A stretch of 64,000 nt of DNA from Bugula neritina (Eukaryota; Animalia; Bryozoa). A program made the position numbers and the translations under genes. This document shows positions 56,806-64,000 of the stretch, in pieces; the stretch's first letter is position 1; each line of letters opens with the position of its first letter. The notes below the pieces were generated by a model. The model had not been told where the DNA came from. It saw nothing but the letters and a program-made list of their open reading frames with translations, and did not search any database. The stretch is taken from contig OZ037769.1 of NCBI GenBank assembly GCA_964035545.1, positions 15,034,633 to 15,098,632 on the forward strand, in the 5' to 3' direction.

Positions 56806-57344
56806 TATTTCTGGCATGACACAAATTCTTTTTGAGACATTACTACTTTTGTGGAAAATTTGTGATTTCTACTTTTAGACCAATCTATAAATGTTTATAT
56901 CTCAATCATTTTTCTAGACTGGGCCTTAAAATTTGTTGTGTGATTTAATAATACCTATCAATTTGCACTAGCAGTAACACATACTACAGAATACTTTGTG
57001 TGCATATATGCAACGTCATTGAATATGGGCAAATCTTTATAAATTTTGGAAAATTTCAAATATTCGTCTTATCAAATTTTAAGGCTCAGTCTAGAAAAAT
57101 GATTGAAATATAGACGCTTATAAATTGGTCTAAAAGTATAAATCACAAATTTTCCCCAAAATATTTCCCAAGCTTTGTTCACCAAAGTAGTAATTTTTCA
57201 AAATTTTTTTGTGTCAGGCCAGAAATATTCATGAATAGTAATCTGAACATGTGTAGGTCCATTTAGTGTAAATATGAGCAAAATCTGAGACACAAAGATG
57301 TGGGACCCCTTGGAAGTTGGTTGATTTGGTATGGAATGACCCTA
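56806..57344. mobile_element. MITE-like remnant with internal inverted arms
   Basis: 56806-56935 is an imperfect inverted copy of ~57075-57228. The right end ggaatgacccta looks like a TIR; the left TIR is not seen. Confidence 0.55.
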
Positions 57345-57444
57345 TAGTATCCCTGTTGAGAACAAAAGAGGTTCACCACTGTCAACATTGCCCCTGGTAG
57401 TTGGACCCTAGAAGTGACTTCTATTTATTCATTGTGAGAAAAAA

Positions 57445-57602
57445 GTAATTGTAATTGTAATTAATTACATTGCCATGTAATTGTAATTGTAATTAATTAC
57501 ATTAGTTTTTAACTGTAATTATAATTGTAATTGTAATTGACAAATCTTCATGTAATTGTAATTGTAATTAATTACATTTACATGTAATTGACCCCAACCC
57601 TG
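57445..57602. repeat. (GTAATT)n-rich element end terminating in gaccccaaccctg
   Basis: Degenerate hexamer array with local palindromes (gtaattaattac); probably a MITE terminus. Confidence 0.6.
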
Positions 57603-58580
57603 GTATGTATACAGTATAATAATATATAGGTCATTTGTTTGTTGCTAGAATAATTTTCACACTGTTCACATCTGTTTCAACATGTTACTTGTTTCAGGAA
57701 AATGTTTAGATATCATTTTGGCATATACATATGAACGTTATGAAAAGCTATAAATTTAAATTCAAACTAATATTGAAGTGAATAATGTTTACATATAACA
57801 TAAGATTTTTTTATTTATATTATTAAATACATACTGACAAAAGAGTCTAAAAAAATCAGTATAAAAATTACAATGAACATAATTTTTATGAAACTAGATA
57901 AACTTTCTGAATTTCCAAATTAACTTCAAACAAAATGTGGCATATAAAATGCATCATAATTACAATATTGGTAAAGATACAATTTGCTGAAATCATGAAA
58001 GAAAACTGGAAAAAGCAAAAGGTAAGCTCCGAAAGAGTAAATAATAATATTTCGATAAGAAAATCTTCTAGCTCATCATAGTCATGCAGGAAGTTGATTA
58101 TAACTACCAAAAGCATTGTGGGTAAAATATTCAACATAGTAAAGCATTCAATAATATAAAAAGTTATATAACATAAATCATGTCGTCTCAATATAAACAG
58201 TATAACCAAGTTTCAAAGTTGAGTTACATATAAGACTAACCAAAACTGCTCTCTCAGGGTATAATAAATATATTATAAGTAGTAAAACAACACAGGAACT
58301 ACAGAATTATAATAATTAATATCTATAATGAATCTACATGTATATGCAAAAATAGAGCCAAAAACTATACCGATGAAAGAACCATGCATAATCCTATACA
58401 TGCATTTGTGAAACCAGAATTGACAACTAAAAAACTGCTGGCATGACTGTCGGCATGCTGAAAGCATCACAACACGCAGGGTTGACGCGAAATACAAGAA
58501 AGAAGGAAATGTCGGCCAAAGAAAAGCAAATTCTAGCTTAAAAAATTTGCTAGAGACCATGTGTGTGGCCAGCATTTCTG

Positions 58581-61500
58581 TTAAAAGTGATTGGTTAGGA
58601 TCTTAATGAGATGCAATGAGCCAGAGAGTTGTAGAAGGTGTGTCTTCTTTCGTTTGATAACAGATTCTGTATTGACACCAAGGAGCTTGTTAAAGTTTTC
58701 AAGAGATCTTTGACAATGTTCAAGAGACTGAGTCACATAACCAGTGTGTAGAAGTAGAAGGGATATAGACAGGTGAACTTCACCAAGAAAAAAAACTGCA
58801 TTTCTGGTTTTGGGAAGGGACTGATACAGACAGAGAGCAGAGTACAACCAACACCAACTCTTCTTGTATGATGACATCAACATGTAACATTTACCCATCT
58901 GGTGGTAGTTGTCAGCCTGTTCCATGCTATGTTCAGAGGTTTTAGAAATAGAAATCTGCAGAAACTGAGCAGCTCTTCTGTAGTTTGATGATCTGATGTA
59001 ATCTGCTGATATTCTGTTGAGGACTTTGGACAGACATGGATTACTCAATACAGGAGTATAGCCAAGGGACAGACAGTTTTCATATCTGTTGTATTCTAAA
59101 CATATGTCTATAATAGAAGAGGTTGCAGCTGCAAGATCAGGATGTGCTGAACCTTCCCCATAAACAGCTTTCATTATCTCCACTGACTTGATGTAATATT
59201 CTAATGCTGTGTTATAGTTACCTAGTTCTTTGTGTACATCACCAATATTACAGTAGCTGATAGCTATATTAGAGTGGTTGGTATGTTCGCCATAAACAGA
59301 TTTCATCATCTCCATTGACTTGGTGCAATACTCTAGTGCTATGTCATAGTTACCTAGCTGTTTGTGTACCTGACCAACACTATCATAGCTGGCAGCTATG
59401 TTAGAGTGGTTTGTATGTTCACCATAAACAGCCTTCATCATCTCCATTGACTTGGTGTAATACTCTAGTGCTGTGTCGAAGTTACCTTGTTGATTGTGTA
59501 CATCACCAATATTATTATAGCTGATAGCTATACTATAGTGGGTTGTATGTTCACCATAAACAGCTTTCATCATGTCCAGTGACTTGGTGCAATATTTTAG
59601 TGCTTTGTCATAGTCACCTAGTTGATTGTGTGCAGTACCAATATTACTATAGCTGATAGCTATACTATAGTGGTTTGTATGTTCACCATAAACAGCTTTC
59701 TCCATTTCTATTGACTTGGTGTAATATTCTAGTGCTTTGTTATGATTACCTAGAAATTTGTATTGATCACCAATATTATTATAGCTCATAGCTATACTAG
59801 AGTGATTTGTATGTTCACCATAAACAGTTTTTAGCATTGCCAGTGCCTTAATGTGATATGTCAAGGCTGTCTTATTTTCATTTTTATGTGTGTGCACTTT
59901 TCCTAAATAGTCTAAAATTTGTGATTCCACCATCATGTTTTCTTTTGGATCATTTCCGAAATTTTTTTCACACAACCTTTTGTGAATAGAAAGAGACTGC
60001 ATCAGGTAAGACTTAGCTTCATCTAGATTTGATAAGGACATACTAGTCTGACCCAGTGAGTGGAAGAGATCAGATGTGAATTGAAACATATATAGCATAT
60101 ACTCTGGCAATTGAGTAGAAGTTTCTACCTTTCTTAGTATGTACTCAGTGAGAGATATGTCCTCGTCTATCATGAGCTCTTCTTCTAGTTTAGACTTTAT
60201 CTGAATGAGAATATTCCTAGCAGACTTATATTTGCTTAGACCGTCCATACAGTAAGCTATCATCTTTTTACATTGCACTATTTGGAACCAAGCTGTTTCA
60301 TAACTGCTTAACCAACTCAGGTAGTCAATTGCACTACTATGGTGGTCACTAGTGAATAGCGAATAACAACATATTTCCAAATACTTTTTCTCTCGAGAGT
60401 CTGACTTGTTTGTCTTGTATTTTGATCGTATACATTTCACAAACTCTTCATACCCTACATTTCTGATATCAACACCCGAACCAGCACATATGTATTTAAA
60501 CACTGTGTTTAAGTCTTCAACATAACACAATACTTCACAGATTGTCATGTAATCTTGTTTATCTGTCACCAAGTCAGTGGGAATCACTGATTTCAGGTAT
60601 TCACTCACACGCTTCTCTTTTAATGTTGCCAGTAGCTTATTTCCTTTGTGCATACTCGATATGAGGGATTGCTTTATTGGAATGAGTATTGAGCCAAATG
60701 TCACAAATATATTCCTTGGTATATAGTGATGTTTGCTCTTTTCATGGGCACTTTTCATATTAGCAGTGGGGGTACCTAGCAAAATAATTTCAGCTTTTTG
60801 AGTTTTTATAGTAATGTAAGCCATAGTTCTCATGTATATTGAGAGTCCCAAGGTAATGTGAAGGTATTTCAGGCTTTCTTTAGAAATTACTCCAGTCTGA
60901 TAAAGTGCCTCATAAACCTTCCACGGAAAGTTTAGTTGAAAACAAAGGGCAAGGTTTAGATTAGTAGCCAATAGAGTGATGTAACGGAAAATATCTTCTT
61001 TTACTCTCACATCTTCACCAACAGCAATTTTAAATTCAAACTCAGGGAGAAAATCATATTTTTGTAAATCTAGAGAAAGTCTCTCCAACCTCTTCTGTTT
61101 GATTTTGTGATCATTCTGAGCTGTAACTTTCTCATATGTAGCTATTTCTTTCATAAATCTGTCATGTAACTGTGCCCCATCATCAGAACAGTATATCAAC
61201 TGTGATGTCATGAGCAGATCTGAAAGACTGGCTAGTTCTTCAAATGGTGACATCACTTCCTCTTTGTACAGTTTTACTGCTTGTTCAACTGTAAAGGTGA
61301 GACATCTACCCAATCCATTTCCTGTTGGTATGTTACCAGCATTTGGTGTGAGACCATCTATTCTATATCCTACTGGACAGATCTCACTGAGACAGTCAGG
61401 AGAGTTTTCAACTTTAATGTTGAAGGTTTTCAATGGAGATTCGTTGAGGTTAGTTATTCTAAAATATGTGTCAACGGCCAGTTGAGTGAAATAATCTCTC

Positions 61501-63364
61501 TCAATCTCATTTTCAATGAGAAATGCATATTCAAGGTCGGAATATGGAGTTGCCTCACCTCGAGCTACTGAGCCCAAAGCAATTACAGCAAAATCACAGG
61601 GTGGTTCTACTTGACACCCTTTAAGCAAATCTGTACTTTTTTGAATTACTGAACCAGAAAATTCTACAAATTCTTTGGAACACTCCTCACTTCTAGCAAA
61701 TACATCATTAGACAACTGAGTAGATATTTCTAAATTAGCATCACTAAACACATTGTCTATATCTAACAACTCTACCTCACCATTCAAACTGTCAAAGTTA
61801 ATGAATGTATTCTCTCGATACTCTTTAAGTCGTTGTTTATGGTGTTTTGTCAATTCTTGATGTTCTGTAAAAGTGAGTGGATGTTTTCCTTTGTACCATT
61901 TGTGTTCTATTTCATAGACTTTTTGGTATCTCTGACTGTTTTGTGAATCTATGGTTTGCAGATGATTTGCTATTCCATGACTCTACATCACAAAAAAAGG
62001 CAATTTCTTATACTTATAATTTCTTACTGCTTTATAGGATAATCAATATATTCTTATTAGCTATATAGCTTATACCAAAATTGTTTAAACAATTTTAATG
62101 CAATGTAGATCAATACCTAGCACTGAAAATGCATTCCATGTGAGTGAAATATTATGATTGTAAACTTTTTGACAGTCCACTAAAATTGTTCATATAACGC
62201 CTTTTATCGTGTGTATAGCCTGCACCACACCTCTAATAGTTGTTAGACTTGCACTTATTTTGATCAAATTGACCATTCGCCATCAGATCAGTGTAAGCTG
62301 TACAAATATTTAGTTGTAGCTCTGAAGCCACTTAGTTGTTCAGTCAACACTACTCTTCACAATTATTATGTAATCATCATCACTGAATCTGTATGAAGCC
62401 ACACAGGGTTGATGGGAGCAGAAAGTGTGATCAATGGTACAACTAAATATGTTCAAGCAAAATTTAATTTACATAAGAATTATGGAACCATTGGCAGTTC
62501 TTCACCTAACAACATTATTCGTTCACATGTGTACTAATGATGATCACAAAGCTTTATAGGAAGCTAGGATAGAATGAAAACGCAAGTGCAACCCTGCATT
62601 TGGGTCATTTCAAATAGTGCTTCCGAGTTGGATGCCATTTATGTATTTTACTATAGAAATTAATTTAAATCAATTACTCTTTATAATTGGCGCACAAATA
62701 AATATTCTTTAAAAAAAATTTATTTTCTTCTTTTAATTGCTTTTATCTATAAGTCAATAACCTTAATTATATCATATTGTTGTAATGTGATGTAATGTGC
62801 AGTTGTCTTCTTTGCATTTAAAACAAATATCCATAAATTTAATAGGATTTACTTTATACGCCTATAAGTGAGGGGAAACTTCAAAATGAAATAATTTTCT
62901 TGTATAAAAAATTTTTAAATTAAATTTAATTCTTCAAGTAGTGCATCTAGTTTAACAAATGCATTGAAGTTGATTCAATTCTAAATCAACATGTGTCTTC
63001 AAGCAGGAATAAACTTGAAAGTTTAAAATTAGTATATTTCTTAAACAAGCTATATATATAAAGCTGTCTACAATGAAGATATTTCAGTGTAATAATCTAA
63101 TGAAGATAAGAATGTTATTCATCATGTTATTAATCCAATACTTCACTAATCATAATATTCATTTGTTTATGTCTACAGATAATCGTAACTATAACATTCA
63201 TTTACTGCAGTTCCTGTTCTAAGTCTCAACAATTCTAAAAAGTATTTACAGTAATTATATTACGTATATTTTACCTTGACATAGTCAACCCAGTTTCCTG
63301 TTTTTTCTGCTTTTCCCAAGTGTTTTATTAAAAGTAACTCTAATTCAGCAATGTACTCCTCCAT
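58581..63364 (-). CDS. GlnD/GlnE-like (DUF294-type) nucleotidyltransferase plus helical domain plus TPR array, ~1163 aa, two coding exons
   Basis: Exon 1 is 63364-63275 (MEEYIAELE...GNWVDYVK|gtaaaa). Exon 2 is 61982-58581, stop-free after a polypyrimidine-tag acceptor; both junctions are phase 0. NTase motif FAVIALGSVARGEATPYSDLEYAFL at ~61512-61604; 44-aa TPR units at ~59150-59830. Confidence 0.88.
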
Positions 63365-63532
63365 GATTCACCATGTTATGTTGTATCTGCATGAGTATCG
63401 GATAATAAAGGTGAGTACAGTTTATAAGTCAAAATTTATCATATAGTATAATATGCAGTATTGAGCGTGAATGTTTCAATTTATATCAGTTCAATAGAGA
63501 AATATACATCTGCGAGCATTGACTATAATAAA

Positions 63533-63579
<47 letters not shown>

Positions 63580-64000
63580 GGCTCAAACACTATTTGTTTA
63601 ATTAAACACTGAAACTGATGCACAATTAACATACAATGTTGTAGCAAATTAGCGAAATACTAATTTTAGGGAACACAGTTAGTTTAAGGTCATTACTTTC
63701 CAGATTCAAGCACTGCTTTATGTTATATATAAACGGTTTCCAGGGGATAGCTCGAACAGTTTTTGTCTTACATTAACAAATTATACATGAAAAGATAGCT
63801 CTTGCATTCCTCTTTCATATACTTTTTTAATTTTTAGAAAAGAAATTCCAAAAAAGTTGTTGCATAATAAGTAAAATTTTACTTCCTCCATGTTCCACTA
63901 CTGTATCACAAGGGATTCATTTTATAAAGTCTAAAATTCAAACTTGACATTCCTTGATATGTTTTCTCTAATATACTCCTTTTGTTTTTCGAAATTCTGT

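Noticed and set aside
57886-58575. Two hydrophobic - strand ORFs downstream of the NTase-TPR gene as partner effectors
   Set aside because: They have non-ATG starts, low-complexity AT-driven composition and no motifs; probably 3' UTR or intergenic sequence.
58581-61853. Bacterial contamination or an intronless gene starting at TTG 61853
   Set aside because: The frame extends to a splice acceptor at 61982, a phase-matched ATG exon lies upstream, and the flanks are host-like.

Overview
AT-rich, intron-containing eukaryotic DNA, probably an invertebrate animal, dense in (TA)n, (TG)n and (CA)n microsatellites. Most short ORFs in the supplied track are translations of these repeats. I could assemble four host genes by hand. 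(1) A decaying MCT/SLC16-like MFS transporter (-, 6757-10926), with an inverted paralog fragment at 14050-14640. (2) A multi-exon atlastin/GBP/RNF112-like GTPase with a Gly/Ala-rich tail (-, 19113-~42177). (3) An ependymin-related secreted protein (+, 50118-53261) with an in-frame TGA. (4) An apparently intact two-exon gene of ~1163 aa (-, 58581-63364) that fuses a GlnD/GlnE-like (DUF294-type) nucleotidyltransferase to a 132-nt-period TPR array. This fourth gene is the best candidate for an undescribed system, possibly a sensor-enzyme immune receptor. Mobile DNA includes Penelope-like elements of several families with hammerhead ribozyme motifs sitting in TA tracts, a complete but disabled Gypsy element, further Gypsy remnants, a 5'-truncated LINE, a rearranged mariner and tRNA-Thr-derived SINEs. 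There are also several foldback palindromes of 0.2-4 kb. All calls come from reading motifs by eye; no searches were run.
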